From Gammaproteobacteria bacterium (GTDB lineage: Bacteria; Pseudomonadota; Gammaproteobacteria; Ga0077536), in assembly GCA_963662545.2 (NCBI GenBank), contig CAXXLL010000002.1:1504001-1568000 (forward strand): 64,000 nt of DNA. The letters run 5' to 3'. How positions within the stretch are numbered: the first letter of the stretch is position 1; the number at the start of each line of letters is the position of its first letter. Made by a program: the position numbers and the translations under genes. Positions 19,729 to 30,427 of the stretch are shown here, piece by piece. The notes below the pieces were generated by a model. That model had not been told where the DNA came from. It worked only from the letters and a program-made list of their open reading frames with translations, and ran no database searches.

Positions 19729-19826
19729 GGTCTCCTTTTCGAGTCCTCTGTCGTATTCGTTTCAGCCTACCGTAGATTCGGGATCTGCACCATGTCTGAA
19801 AGACTCGACCCCGAAACGGCTGTTGG

Positions 19827-19963
19827 TTTGAACCACACAGGACACAGAGGCCAAAGAGTATTCAGTTACTTATAACTGAGTTTCTCGTTTTTTTTCTTAG
19901 TGTTCTTAGTGGTGATCAAATCATTTTCTTCGTCTGTGATCTCTGTGTCCTCTGTGGTTCAAA
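19827..19963. repeat. Small inverted-repeat element (REP/MITE-like)
   Basis: TTTGAACCACACAGGACACAGAG (19827-19849) versus CTCTGTGTCCTCTGTGGTTCAAA (19941-19963), one mismatch. Confidence 0.75.
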
Positions 19964-20036
19964 TCCGCAGTCGCATATGTCGCCGCCTGATTGCGCCACA
20001 GCAGACATCGGTACAGCGACCTGATCCCGAAGCAGC

Positions 20037-21887
20037 TTACTTCGGACCAAAGGCGAGGAAGACATTGCCCGGCATGCCGAAAACACCATAGCCCGAGCCG
20101 AAATAGACCCAGCCGTCGACGACGGTAACACCGGCGCCCTTGATCGAACCGCCCTTGGCCGGCACGCCGTTGACGGTGGCGTAGTCACCCTTGGTGTCGA
20201 TGTCCCAGATGAGTTGTCCGTTTGCTGGGTCGTAGGCGCGCATGTGCCCGTCCATCGAGGCCGAGAACACCACGCCGGGAATAAGGGTCGCCGCGGCCGG
20301 TTGACCGGCATTGCAGCCCGGCGTGTCGAGGCAGTCCGGCGCCGCCGCCGGCGTATTCCAGACCTCGGCGCCGTCGGCGATGTTCAAGGCGTAGATGCCG
20401 CCGGCATGTCCGGGAAAACTCCGCGTTTCCCAGACGTCGGAGATCGGCACGTAGACGGTCCGCTCGTCCGCCGCGAAGCCCCATTCGATGCCGCCGAGTA
20501 CGCCGCCCGGCGACAAGCGCTTCTGCCATAGCATCGCGCCTTTGCGGTCGGGGTCGAGGGCGTGCATGACGCCGGATTTCTGGCCGGCGAGCAGGACCCT
20601 GCTGCCGTCCGGCAGCGTGCGGATGATCGCCGAGGAACCGAAATCGATATCCGGGCCGCAGGCCTCGATCGCCACCGGATCTGCGTTCGGTGCGACACAG
20701 GCAGTGGTGAACGCATCGTCGGCCGTGGTCTGGACACTCCAGCGGATCGCGCCGGTCTCGAGATCCATTGCGACGATGGAGTCACTGGTGTCAGCGGCCG
20801 GCGGCGAATAAGCATCACCCGTGGTTACGTAGAGCACCCCGGCTTTGGGATCAATGGTTGGCTGTGACCAGACGGCTGCACCGGACGGCCCCCACATCTG
20901 GACACCGCTCGACATCTTCTTCGTCTTCTGGGGCGCTTGTGTAATGACGTAGCTTTTCCAAACGCGCTGACCGGTCGAGGTGTCGTAGGCGATGACACTG
21001 CCGCGAAACGTGCAGCATTCGTAATGGGGCGAGCCGCCCGCGAGTTCCTCGAAGGAGGCGACCGGTACATAGAGTCGCCCATCGTGCAGCTTGGCCGAGC
21101 CCGTGACCATCGCCCAGGGATGGTCGTCCACTTTATCCTTCCACAGCAGGTCGCCGCGGTTGGCGTCGAGCGCGTAGACCCAGCCCTTGCGATCGCTGGC
21201 GTAGAGCACGAACGAGCCGTCGTCGCGCCGCTCGAGCAGGATGGCCGCGCGCACTTCCGCTGCGGTCTCATACTTCCAGTGTGCGCAACCGGTGCGCGCA
21301 TCGAGAGAATAGATCGCGCCCGCGGGCGATCCGATGAAGAGGCGCCCGCCGGCCACCGCGGGTTGGGTAGTCACCGACGTGGTACCAGGAAAGCCGAACG
21401 CCCACTTGAGTTCGAGCTTGGCGAGATCAACCGCGCCAAGCCCGGCATTTTCGACGTTCTGGAAATGTGTATTGTCGAGGTCGAGACCCCAGCCGTTCCA
21501 ATGGGGCCCCTCAAGTGCGTCCATCGCCAGCGGCGGCGCACTATCGCAGAGCGCGAGGTCCTCGTCGGCGGGAGTTTCGTCGATCGTGCCCCAGGGGATT
21601 TCGGACAGGTAGATGGCGACGGCCCGTTGTTCGAGTTCATTGAGGGCCGAGGCCTGGAGGATCATCAGGCCCCCGCGTTGAGTGTTGAAGATCTTCTCCG
21701 GCGGCAGCTTTGCCAACTGTGCCGGCGACATCGCACGCGGTACCGGATTTTCATTGTGACAACCGCTGCAGGCGGCCTCGAAGCTCATTTTGCCGATCGC
21801 GCGATCGTCATCCGCATTGGCGCCGCCCAATAGGCCGGCTGCCAGTACCATGAGCGCGGGCAAGCCGAGTTGCCTGAGACGTGTCAT
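20037..21887 (-). CDS. Cytochrome c / PQQ-dependent dehydrogenase (polyvinyl-alcohol dehydrogenase-like quinohemoprotein)
   Basis: Signal peptide, CSGCH heme motif, LKWAFGFP, YECCTFRGS, PQQ beta-propeller repeats. Confidence 0.9.
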   Translation of the reverse strand: MTRLRQLGLPALMVLAAGLLGGANADDDRAIGKMSFEAACSGCHNENPVPRAMSPAQLAKLPPEKIFNTQRGGLMILQASALNELEQRAVAIYLSEIPWGTIDETPADEDLALCDSAPPLAMDALEGPHWNGWGLDLDNTHFQNVENAGLGAVDLAKLELKWAFGFPGTTSVTTQPAVAGGRLFIGSPAGAIYSLDARTGCAHWKYETAAEVRAAILLERRDDGSFVLYASDRKGWVYALDANRGDLLWKDKVDDHPWAMVTGSAKLHDGRLYVPVASFEELAGGSPHYECCTFRGSVIAYDTSTGQRVWKSYVITQAPQKTKKMSSGVQMWGPSGAAVWSQPTIDPKAGVLYVTTGDAYSPPAADTSDSIVAMDLETGAIRWSVQTTADDAFTTACVAPNADPVAIEACGPDIDFGSSAIIRTLPDGSRVLLAGQKSGVMHALDPDRKGAMLWQKRLSPGGVLGGIEWGFAADERTVYVPISDVWETRSFPGHAGGIYALNIADGAEVWNTPAAAPDCLDTPGCNAGQPAAATLIPGVVFSASMDGHMRAYDPANGQLIWDIDTKGDYATVNGVPAKGGSIKGAGVTVVDGWVYFGSGYGVFGMPGNVFLAFGPK

Positions 21888-22267
21888 CAAATTTCCCCTA
21901 TCGAGAGTTGTGTTTTATTAGGTCAGGAATCGCGGCACTCGCCGCGGACGGGCGGCCCGCAGTCTAAACGTCCGGCCAGTGAAACATCAATCGGGACGGC
22001 TCACGCCGGTATGCGAGCGCTGTCCCCAGTTTCAGCGCATTTCAGCCCTACCTGGTGTCTACCCGCGTCACGTTCGGCGGTCTGCAGTGCAACGCCGTCA
22101 GCGGCGGAGCAATGTCATTGGGACGACCCGCTCGGCCTTGGTATCGCGTGACCCCGATCGAGGGGGCAGTTCAATCGGGGGAGATATTGGCTCAGCTATT
22201 AAACGTGTGACTTCCATCATATACACTGGAGGCATTAGCACAGCCTGAGAATACTGAGGAGAGCATC

Positions 22268-23578
22268 ATGGCGGCACTCGCAGAAGAACTGACAAAACTC
22301 GGCCAGCCCGCGCCCGACGTACGGATCGCTAAATGGGACGAGACGCCGAAAACGAAACTGGGACCTTTTGGCGCCGAGCCCAAATGGACCGAGGAAGAAG
22401 CCGCCATCGTCGACACCTTGACGCGCTTCGCCGAGAACGAAATGCGTCCGACCGGAGAGATCCTGGACAAGATGTCGCCGGAAGATGTCATCGCGCCGGG
22501 CTCGCCACTGTGGGGGATGTACGAAAAGTTCATGGAGATGGGCTTTACCGTCGACGTGATGCTGGACATGGAGCCCAAGCAACGGGCGAAGATCCTGTGC
22601 CTGTTCTACGAAATCCTGGGCTGGGGTGATTCCGGCCTCGCCATTTCGATCGGCGCCTCGACCCTGCCGCGCTATCTATCGCGCCTGTTCGGCAATGACT
22701 TTCTGGCTGAACTTTGCGCCGACGACAAGATCGGGTCCTGGGCGATCACCGAATCCGATCATGGCAGCGATACCCTCGATCCGGATCGTGAGGTGGCCCA
22801 TCCCCGAGGCACCCACGGGCGGCCCAACTGCGTGATCACCTTGAAGTCGGACAAGATCATCATCAACGGCCAGAAAGCGGCCTGGGTCTGCAACGCCAAC
22901 ATCAGCGAGGTCATCATCCTTTACGCCGCGGCCGATTCCGGTGCGGGCGCCGACCCCGATCACGGCGCCGTGGTGGTCATGCCGACCGACGTCAAGGGGT
23001 ACAGCCGCGGCAAGCCCTTGAACAAGATGGGGCAGCGCGCGCTGAACCAGGGCGAGCTCTTTTTCGACAACGTCGAATTGCCGCTCGAGCACGTCCTCGC
23101 TGGCCCCGAGAATTATCAGCGCTGCCTGTATTCGATTCATACCGAGGCGAACGTCCTCATGGGCGCGACCTTCGTGGGACTGGCGCGGCGCGCGTACGAA
23201 CTTGCGCACGCTTACGCGCATGAGCGCAAGCAGGGCGGGGTGCCGATCATCCGGCATCAGCACGTGGCCTATCGCCTGTTCCACATGTTCCGCAAGGTCG
23301 AAGCCGCCTGCGCGCTGACGCGTCGCGTCGCGGAGTACAACACGGTCAACGAGCACCCGGCCCTGCACGCCGCGATGACCTCGAAAGTCACGGGCACGCA
23401 GACCGCATTCGAAGTGGCCAGCGATGCCATACAGATGTTCGGGGGCAACGGTGTGACGCGTGAGTATCCGGTTGAGAAGCTGCTGCGCGACGCCCGATCT
23501 TCGATGATCGAGGATGGATGCAACGAGGTGCTCGCCATGAAGGGCGGTTTTGCGCTGGCCGATCCGGAACTGCTCTGA
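22268..23578 (+). CDS. Acyl-CoA dehydrogenase
   Basis: AITESDHGSD, INGQKAAWV, QMFGGNGVTREYPVEKLLRDAR. Confidence 0.92.
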   Translation: MAALAEELTKLGQPAPDVRIAKWDETPKTKLGPFGAEPKWTEEEAAIVDTLTRFAENEMRPTGEILDKMSPEDVIAPGSPLWGMYEKFMEMGFTVDVMLDMEPKQRAKILCLFYEILGWGDSGLAISIGASTLPRYLSRLFGNDFLAELCADDKIGSWAITESDHGSDTLDPDREVAHPRGTHGRPNCVITLKSDKIIINGQKAAWVCNANISEVIILYAAADSGAGADPDHGAVVVMPTDVKGYSRGKPLNKMGQRALNQGELFFDNVELPLEHVLAGPENYQRCLYSIHTEANVLMGATFVGLARRAYELAHAYAHERKQGGVPIIRHQHVAYRLFHMFRKVEAACALTRRVAEYNTVNEHPALHAAMTSKVTGTQTAFEVASDAIQMFGGNGVTREYPVEKLLRDARSSMIEDGCNEVLAMKGGFALADPELL

Positions 23579-23754
23579 CAGGGCGGCGTCGTGTGCAGAA
23601 ATGTGCCTGCAATGTCGGGGTCGGCGCAGGTTCGTGCGGCCAGCATGCGGACCGCAGGTCCAAATTATCTTCGCCGTTGATCATCAAGGAACTCTTGGAA
23701 GATGTTGATGGCCATCTCGGCGCGAAGTCGATGTTGGACCCGCAGCGGTAAGCC

Positions 23755-25374
23755 GTGATGACTGCAGGTTCCGGCGACACCATGATCCTCGCTCACCTGG
23801 TGGTGGATCGCATGGCCTCGCGGCCCGATCTCGACGTGCTGACGTTCGTCAATATCGAGCCCGACGGTTCGTTTAACGACGAAATTCGCACTTATAGCGA
23901 TCTCTGGCGGAACGGGCAGCGCGTCGCCGCGGCACTCGACGAAGAGGGCATGCAGGCCGGCGATGCCTTCGGACTGATCACGCTGAACCATCCTGAGTTC
24001 GTCGATACTATGGTTGGATCGTCGATCGCCGGCACGGTGTTCGTACCGATCGATCCGCGCACGCGCGGCAAGAAGCTGTCGTACATGTTGAACCACGCAC
24101 AATGCCGCGGCGCGGTGATCGGAGATTACGCGCTGCCGTACCTGCTGGAGGTTGCGTCGGATTGTCCGCGTCTCGAGTGGATCTGGGTGTTGTCGACGTC
24201 ACAAGGCCTTGCAACGGTCGACACTTCCCTGCGTCGGCGTTCGGTAGCGGACATTCTGGCTACCGAAATAACCGAGATGGCGATTCGCGTCGATGATCCC
24301 GAAACGCCGATGCAAATGCTCTATACCTCGGGTACGACCGGCGATCCCAAGGCGATACTGTCGCCTTATTCACGGTTCGGGTTCGTCGCGAGCCTCGGCG
24401 AAGCGCTCGGTATGAATGCCGACGACCGGCCGTACACCGGTTTGTCGCTGACGCACGCGAACGCGCAATTGATCACCTTGGGAACGACCCTGCACATGGG
24501 AGTGCGCGGCGTGTTTGCGCGCAAGTTCACCAAATCCCGGCTGTGGGGCACGACGCGCCACTACGGTTGCACCTTGTTCAACCTGCTGGGCGGCATGACG
24601 ACCGCGATCTATAGCGAACCCGTACGCGAGAACGATGCCGACAATCCGGTGCGCTACGTGCTTAGCGCGGCGATGCCGGCGGCGATCTGGAAAGATTTCG
24701 GACGGCGCTTCGGCATCGAGGTCTACGAATTTTACGGTGCGGCCGAAGGCGGACTGACACTCAATCCACCGGGCGCCGGCCCCGTCGGCAGTATCGGCAA
24801 ACCGCCGCCCAGCATGATCGGCCGCGTCGTCGACGACAACGATGTCGAATGTCCGCCCGGCACCCCTGGAGAGATCGTCTTTCAAAATGCCGACGGTACC
24901 TGTCCGGTCATCTCGTATTTCAAGAATCCGAAAGCCTCGAAGGAGAAAACGGCAGGTGGCTGGCTGCGGATGGGGGATGTCGGATGCCGCGACGAGAACG
25001 GCTGGTTTTTTTTCCTTTACCGCAGGGGCGGTGGTATCCGTCACAACGGTGATTTCGTCAATCCGGCCTTCGTGGAAAAGGAACTGGCCGAGCATCCGCA
25101 GGTCGACGACGTGTTCGTCTATGGCGTGACTTCGGCGAATGGCGTGCCGGGCGAAAAGGACGTGATTGCCGCCATCGTGGCCGTCGACCGCAATGGTTTC
25201 GACGCCCAGGATGTCTTCTGCCTGTGCCGCAAAAATCTCGAATCGAACTTCGTGCCGACTTATCTGCAACTGGTCGATGAGATCCCGAAAACGGCCTCCG
25301 AGAAACCGCAGGAGCGTTTCCTGCTCGAAGCGTTCGACGCCGACGCGGACAATGTCATCACCGAATCGAGCTGA
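23755..25374 (+). CDS. ATP-dependent acyl-CoA ligase (CaiC-like AMP-binding enzyme)
   Basis: YTSGTTGDPK, YGAAEG, GWLRMGD, IPKTASEK. Confidence 0.9.
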   Translation: MMTAGSGDTMILAHLVVDRMASRPDLDVLTFVNIEPDGSFNDEIRTYSDLWRNGQRVAAALDEEGMQAGDAFGLITLNHPEFVDTMVGSSIAGTVFVPIDPRTRGKKLSYMLNHAQCRGAVIGDYALPYLLEVASDCPRLEWIWVLSTSQGLATVDTSLRRRSVADILATEITEMAIRVDDPETPMQMLYTSGTTGDPKAILSPYSRFGFVASLGEALGMNADDRPYTGLSLTHANAQLITLGTTLHMGVRGVFARKFTKSRLWGTTRHYGCTLFNLLGGMTTAIYSEPVRENDADNPVRYVLSAAMPAAIWKDFGRRFGIEVYEFYGAAEGGLTLNPPGAGPVGSIGKPPPSMIGRVVDDNDVECPPGTPGEIVFQNADGTCPVISYFKNPKASKEKTAGGWLRMGDVGCRDENGWFFFLYRRGGGIRHNGDFVNPAFVEKELAEHPQVDDVFVYGVTSANGVPGEKDVIAAIVAVDRNGFDAQDVFCLCRKNLESNFVPTYLQLVDEIPKTASEKPQERFLLEAFDADADNVITESS

Positions 25375-25726
25375 CGCGGACTTGGGGTAGTCTACGAACG
25401 AACACTGGAATCAACGGCAATGCGTATCGCTTCGTCTTCGATTTTGAAAACCAACGCGCGGCCAGTAGATCTCTTGAGTTTTTTTGCGTAGGTTGTTGGT
25501 CCTCGAGGTGTGTCGTCAATCCCCGAAATCGTCACTTCCAGATTCGCTAGAGGTCTTCACTTTACGCGTGAATACTCGCTGGATTGGCTTTGATCGCCCT
25601 CAAAAAAATCCCCCCAATAGGAGCTTACGTCACCGGCGAGCGCGCGAAGTTGAGAAACATCTTCGTGTCATACCCCGCGTTTGTTGCTATCAGTTGGGGA
25701 GGAAACCTGCGGGAGGTCCGTCGGAA

Positions 25727-25880
25727 ATGTCAACAGCCAAATCCACGCATGGGCATTGCGCTCCGGGCTTCCATGCCGTCGGTGCTGCGTTTGAGCGCAA
25801 TATGGTGGACGGAGACATTGGCGCGGCTTTCGTGCTCTACCAGGGCGGCGCGATTAAAGTCGATGCGCGGTGGCGGGTGC
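25727..25880 (+). pseudogene. N-terminal fragment of a serine hydrolase (beta-lactamase-related esterase)
   Basis: GGGAGG RBS; HGHCAPGFHAVGAAFERNM...GAAFVLYQGGAIKVD, after which similarity is lost. Confidence 0.6.
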
Positions 25881-25964
25881 GGCGAGTTGGAAAGTCTGGA
25901 GGTTGCAGCGTATGCGCTGCTTCCAGTCGTGATGCGGTTCAGTAATTCATAAAGGAGAGAGCAG

Positions 25965-26273
25965 ATGAGGAGTGTTTCAAACCTGGCTTTGGGAACCTTG
26001 TTCATATTGTTCGCAGTCGGAACCATCGATATTTCCGTTGCAGTTGCCGATGGGGATCTCGACATGGTCTTTCAAGTTGAAGGAATGACCTGAGGCAGCT
26101 GTGCACGGACGGTCCGTGAGACCATTAAAAAAATTGCTGGGGTGACGCGCGTTCGTGTTGACGTGCAACAAAAGCGCGCCTGGGTGAGCTGTAGCTCCGA
26201 GGTATCCGCCCAGCAAGTGATGGCGGCGATTGCATCGAATGGAAGATATCAAGCGAAGCTTGTCGAGGACTAA
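25965..26273 (+). CDS. Exported heavy-metal-associated (HMA, MerP/CopZ-like) domain protein, probable selenoprotein (UGA at 26091-26093)
   Basis: AAAGGAG RBS, signal-peptide-like N-terminus, FQVEGMT-[TGA]-GSCARTVRETIKKIAGV...; frame stays open to TAA at 26271-26273. Confidence 0.85.
26104..26118 (+). promoter_or_regulatory. Putative bacterial SECIS hairpin
   Basis: CACGGA-CGG-TCCGTG stem-loop with a G-containing loop, beginning 10 nt after the in-frame UGA. Confidence 0.6.
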
Positions 26274-26384
26274 CTCCCTCACACGGAACGGTTCCCCTTC
26301 AGCAACCTTGAGACAACTTTCAGGGTTCGATAAACGTCGCTGCGAGTAACAGTACGACAGAATGTCTTAACCGTTACAAAAAGC

Positions 26385-27179
26385 CTAAAACAATCCCGGT
26401 GCCTTCACGTTTAGCGCGCGCTGCATGACCTCGAGTTCCTTATCGCGATCCGGAAACGGTGCGGGACGCGTAAACAGCTTGTCCTGCTTTAATTCCTCGA
26501 CCACTTCTTCGCTGCGCGGGTAGGCTTCGCCGTATTTGTTCATGAAAAAGTGATTTTCGAACGGTTGGCGTGGACGCTGGCCGCCGGCTTCCCAGTGTTC
26601 CATCGGATAACCAACGCACTGCATCAATAGCAGGCGGCAGTGATCGGGTATACCAATTGCCTTGAGGATCTCATCCCCTTCCGGCGTGCCGAGAAAACAC
26701 GTTCCAAGACCGAGTTCATAGGCCATGAGGGTTGCCTGGGCCATACCTTGGCCGCAGTCGATTTCATTCAAGCCCGGCTGCTTTAGGAAGTCCTTAATGC
26801 CTTCGAAGACGGGCAGGAATTTTTCTTCCAGGGTCTTGTGTCTTATGTCTTTGGGACCAAATCCGAGCGCCCCGATGTCGACCAGCTGGCGCAGGCGATC
26901 GGCTTGTCCGTCGACCATGCCTGGGTCGCAATACCAGACGATTACGACCGGCGCGATCCGTAGCTGCCAGCCGACGACGACGGCTTTCAACGAATCGAGC
27001 ACCTCTTTGGATGCAGTTTCGCGATGAATGGCCACGGCCTTCAGGGTCTGCACGTTGCCCCAGTGCGTCGCGATGCGGGCGGCCTCGAACATCATCTGGA
27101 TTTTCTCCGGCTCCACCGCTTTGTAGGGCTTCAAATACCGGATCGAACGGCGGCGGCCGATAGCTTCCCTTAATTCCAT
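26385..27179 (-). CDS. Nitroreductase family protein
   Basis: AIGRRRSIR, LMAYELGLGTC, VGYP. Confidence 0.85.
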   Translation of the reverse strand: MELREAIGRRRSIRYLKPYKAVEPEKIQMMFEAARIATHWGNVQTLKAVAIHRETASKEVLDSLKAVVVGWQLRIAPVVIVWYCDPGMVDGQADRLRQLVDIGALGFGPKDIRHKTLEEKFLPVFEGIKDFLKQPGLNEIDCGQGMAQATLMAYELGLGTCFLGTPEGDEILKAIGIPDHCRLLLMQCVGYPMEHWEAGGQRPRQPFENHFFMNKYGEAYPRSEEVVEELKQDKLFTRPAPFPDRDKELEVMQRALNVKAPGLF

Positions 27180-27341
27180 GAACGTATCCTCCGAATGGGG
27201 CTGGTTATTTTGGATTGAACTGCTTGATTATTCATTATTCTCAGACGATCGTGAATTGATCGATGACAAGCAAAGTTTGACCCATCCGCATGGGGTCTGT
27301 AAATGGCGTCGGCGAATCAAACTCTTGCATACATCGAGCCG

Positions 27342-28097
27342 CTAAAAGATTCCCTTGTTCTGCACACCGTCCACGACGATGGTTACCCCGGAAATCCAGT
27401 TCGCGCGCGGTGAAGCGACGAACACGATGGCGTCGGCCACTTCGTTTGGCGTGCCCATGCGGCCGAAAGGAATCGTCGAGACGACTGCATCGTACATCTC
27501 CTGATCGTTCTGTTGCACGACGTCCCAAAAACCTCCTTCAATGAAAATCGACCCGGGCGCGATGGAGTTCACCCGAATGTTCTTCGGCGCGAGTTCCTGG
27601 GCCATGGTCTTGGCATGCGTAACGAGCGCCACTTTGACCGCGGAGTAGGCTGGAGGATCTCCCGCCCTGAGGCCGGAAATCGAGGAGATGTGAACGATGG
27701 ACCCACCACCGGCGGCTGCCATCCAGGGCACGACTTTTTGTGTCGCTCGCACCGTACCCATCAGGTCGACGTCGATACTGACCTTCCAGCCCGCTTCATC
27801 GTCGGTCATGCCGAAGCCCGAGGTGTTATTGATCAGGATGTCCGTGCTGCCGAGGGCGTCATGCGCGCCGTCCAGAAATGCGTTCAGTGAATCGGCGTCG
27901 CCGACGTCGCAGATGGCGCCGTAAGCTTTGACGCCTGCGGCTTCGATATCGGCGCAGGTTGCATCGAGGGCTTCCTGACCACGGGCGCAAATGGCGACAT
28001 TTGCCCCTTCGGCGGCAAGCAGCAGCGCCGTGCACCGACCGATGCCTTTGCTGCCACCCGTGACGATTGCGTTTTTGTCTTTTAATCCGAGGTCCAT
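27342..28097 (-). CDS. Short-chain dehydrogenase/reductase
   Basis: TGGSKGIG, YSAVK, IRVNSIAPG. Confidence 0.93.
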   Translation of the reverse strand: MDLGLKDKNAIVTGGSKGIGRCTALLLAAEGANVAICARGQEALDATCADIEAAGVKAYGAICDVGDADSLNAFLDGAHDALGSTDILINNTSGFGMTDDEAGWKVSIDVDLMGTVRATQKVVPWMAAAGGGSIVHISSISGLRAGDPPAYSAVKVALVTHAKTMAQELAPKNIRVNSIAPGSIFIEGGFWDVVQQNDQEMYDAVVSTIPFGRMGTPNEVADAIVFVASPRANWISGVTIVVDGVQNKGIF

Positions 28098-28117
28098 GCC
28101 TTGACTCCTTCGTTCGC

Positions 28118-28948
28118 CTACCGTTTCCCGTACACGCCCTTCACGGTAATGGTTCGGCCTTCTTCATTGTTGCTGAGGGCGTTTTGCATTTTTGTCTCGA
28201 CGTCATCGGATACGATGACTCTAATCGTCAGTAGTGTCGGGTCATGTGCCTTGATAACGGCATTGCGTTTCTGGCTCGTTTCTATTACCTGTCGCGTCGT
28301 CTCCTCTAACGCAATCCTTTCGAGGCCGGCATCATCCAGTAATTTCCGGAGTGCATCCAGCGTTACGAGAAAATTAATTTCCGGCCGCGATGCCCAGAAT
28401 GTCGGCAGGTGAATGGGCTGGCCATCGCCCGCCAGCACCGCCTCGAATGCGAAAAGCCCGCCTGGTTTCAGGATGCGCGCGACCTCGCTGAAAAAGGCAG
28501 CCTTGTTTGCGACGTTCATCATCATGTTTTGCGACCAGGCAGCCTCAGCGCAGGCGTCTTCGAGCGGGAGCGCCGTTGCGCTGCCGTGGTGAAACTCGCA
28601 GTTCGCGGTCATGGCTAGCTTCTCCGTCAATACGGTTGCCGCGCGCACGAATTCCCGGGTCAAATCGACGCCGATGACTCTGCAGCCGAATTCCGCCGCC
28701 AGCGTTCGTGCCGGTCCGCCAATACCGCAGCCGACATCCACCACCGCCATGCCTTCGCGAATTCCGGAAAACGCGGCGAGATCCCGCGTCGACGCGATAC
28801 CGCCGCCATGGAACTGATCGAAGGGCGTGAGATCTTCAGCCGTCAATGCTTCGAGATCTTTACCGGCATTTTCGAGTGCTTCGAATATTCGCGCACAAAT
28901 GTCCACCCCACCGTAGTGGTCGTCGATATTCGAATGGATCGTTGACAC
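28118..28948 (-). CDS. Class I SAM-dependent methyltransferase
   Basis: DQFHGGG, VDVGCGIGGPAR, LKPGG. Confidence 0.9.
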   Translation of the reverse strand: MSTIHSNIDDHYGGVDICARIFEALENAGKDLEALTAEDLTPFDQFHGGGIASTRDLAAFSGIREGMAVVDVGCGIGGPARTLAAEFGCRVIGVDLTREFVRAATVLTEKLAMTANCEFHHGSATALPLEDACAEAAWSQNMMMNVANKAAFFSEVARILKPGGLFAFEAVLAGDGQPIHLPTFWASRPEINFLVTLDALRKLLDDAGLERIALEETTRQVIETSQKRNAVIKAHDPTLLTIRVIVSDDVETKMQNALSNNEEGRTITVKGVYGKR

Positions 28949-29077
28949 TGAGACCAGCGGATTCGCTTACAGATAATCGTGAATCACTTCACCATCGCCC
29001 AGCGTGAAGTCGGTACTGTATTTTGCGCTTTTTCGCCATTCTCCGTAGCCTTTCTTATTGCTGGGAATCGTTGCGGA

Positions 29078-30427
29078 CTAGCGAAGGCTCAGGGTACCAG
29101 GCATGCCGAATCGCGGTTTCAATGTGACTTTCGCAACCGTCTCAATGGGGTGGCCTGGCAGTACCCGAAAGCGGAAGCGCTGCACGATTTGTGCTAGGAC
29201 TAATTGTACTTCGAGCATGGCCATGCTTGCGCCGATGCAGGTGCGTGGACCGGCCGCAAACGGCAAATAGCAGTAGGAATGCCGGCTTTCGCCGCGGCCG
29301 GGAGCGAAGCGCTCGGGGTCGAAACGTTCAGCGTCCGGCCAGAATTCGGGGTGGCGATGCAGGGCGTAAGGGACGACGCCCACATAGGCATTGGCCGGCA
29401 GCAGGTATTCGCCGAATTGCTCGGCTTGCTCGCAACGTCTGGCATAGGCCCATACCGGCGGGTAAATGCGCATGGATTCCTGGACGACCTGCTTGAGGTA
29501 AGGAACGCCGGCGAGATCGGCGGCGCTCGCCGGCGCCCCGTTCAACTGGCCGGTAAGTTCATCGACCAGGCGCTGTTCGATCTCGGGGTGGGTGGCGAGG
29601 AGATACAGGGTCCAGGCCAGCGCGTTTGCCGAGGTTTCGTATCCGGCCAGCATCAGGGTGACAACCTCGTCGCGCATCTGCGTTTCGTCCATGCCTTCGC
29701 CGGTCTCTTCGTCGCGCGCATTGATCAGTCGGTCGAGGATGTCGACCTCGCGCGTGCCGTCCGCCCGGCGCGAAGCGATCATGGCATATACGATTTTGTC
29801 CAGGCGCCGCTTGGCCTTTTTCCACTTCAGGTTATAAGGAGTCGGTAACCAGGGGTACAGCGTCATGAGTGCGCGAGGTTCCTGGGTTTGCAAGTTCACG
29901 ACCTCGATAATCTCCGCGATTTCATCGGCGTACTGTTCTATATCGCTGCCAAAGAGGGTGGCGCCGACAATCTGAAAGGTCAGCTTGCCCATTTCGCGAT
30001 CGACCCAGATCGGATCGCCACCGACGCGTTCGTTCCAGTTTTCCACCAGCGATGCCGTGAGCCTGTTGATAGTGGCGTCAAAGCCCGCGATGTTGCGATT
30101 GCTGAACAGGGGCTGCATCAGCTTGCGCTGTTTCCCCCAGTGCGGGCCGTCATTCGACACTAGGCCGTTGCCCATGACCTGTGCCAGCACGCGGTAATCG
30201 ATCGTGCGTTTGGAAAAGTGTTCGTAGCTTTGAGAAAGCACCCGCCGTATGAAATCCGGGTGATTGACGAGGTAAACGTCGTAGAACCCGCGCCAGCATA
30301 CGAAATCGCCGTATTGCTGCAGGAGTTCGTGCATGAAGGTATGCGGCTCGTTGGCGTAGCGCCTGGCGCGGTAGAACCTGCGCGGGGAGGGGGGACGCCT
30401 AGAACTTAGCGCGGAAGCTTGGGTCAT
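29078..30427 (-). CDS. Cytochrome P450
   Basis: AGYETS, ESMRIYPP, FDPERF, PFAAGPRTCIG. Confidence 0.95.
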   Translation of the reverse strand: MTQASALSSRRPPSPRRFYRARRYANEPHTFMHELLQQYGDFVCWRGFYDVYLVNHPDFIRRVLSQSYEHFSKRTIDYRVLAQVMGNGLVSNDGPHWGKQRKLMQPLFSNRNIAGFDATINRLTASLVENWNERVGGDPIWVDREMGKLTFQIVGATLFGSDIEQYADEIAEIIEVVNLQTQEPRALMTLYPWLPTPYNLKWKKAKRRLDKIVYAMIASRRADGTREVDILDRLINARDEETGEGMDETQMRDEVVTLMLAGYETSANALAWTLYLLATHPEIEQRLVDELTGQLNGAPASAADLAGVPYLKQVVQESMRIYPPVWAYARRCEQAEQFGEYLLPANAYVGVVPYALHRHPEFWPDAERFDPERFAPGRGESRHSYCYLPFAAGPRTCIGASMAMLEVQLVLAQIVQRFRFRVLPGHPIETVAKVTLKPRFGMPGTLSLR

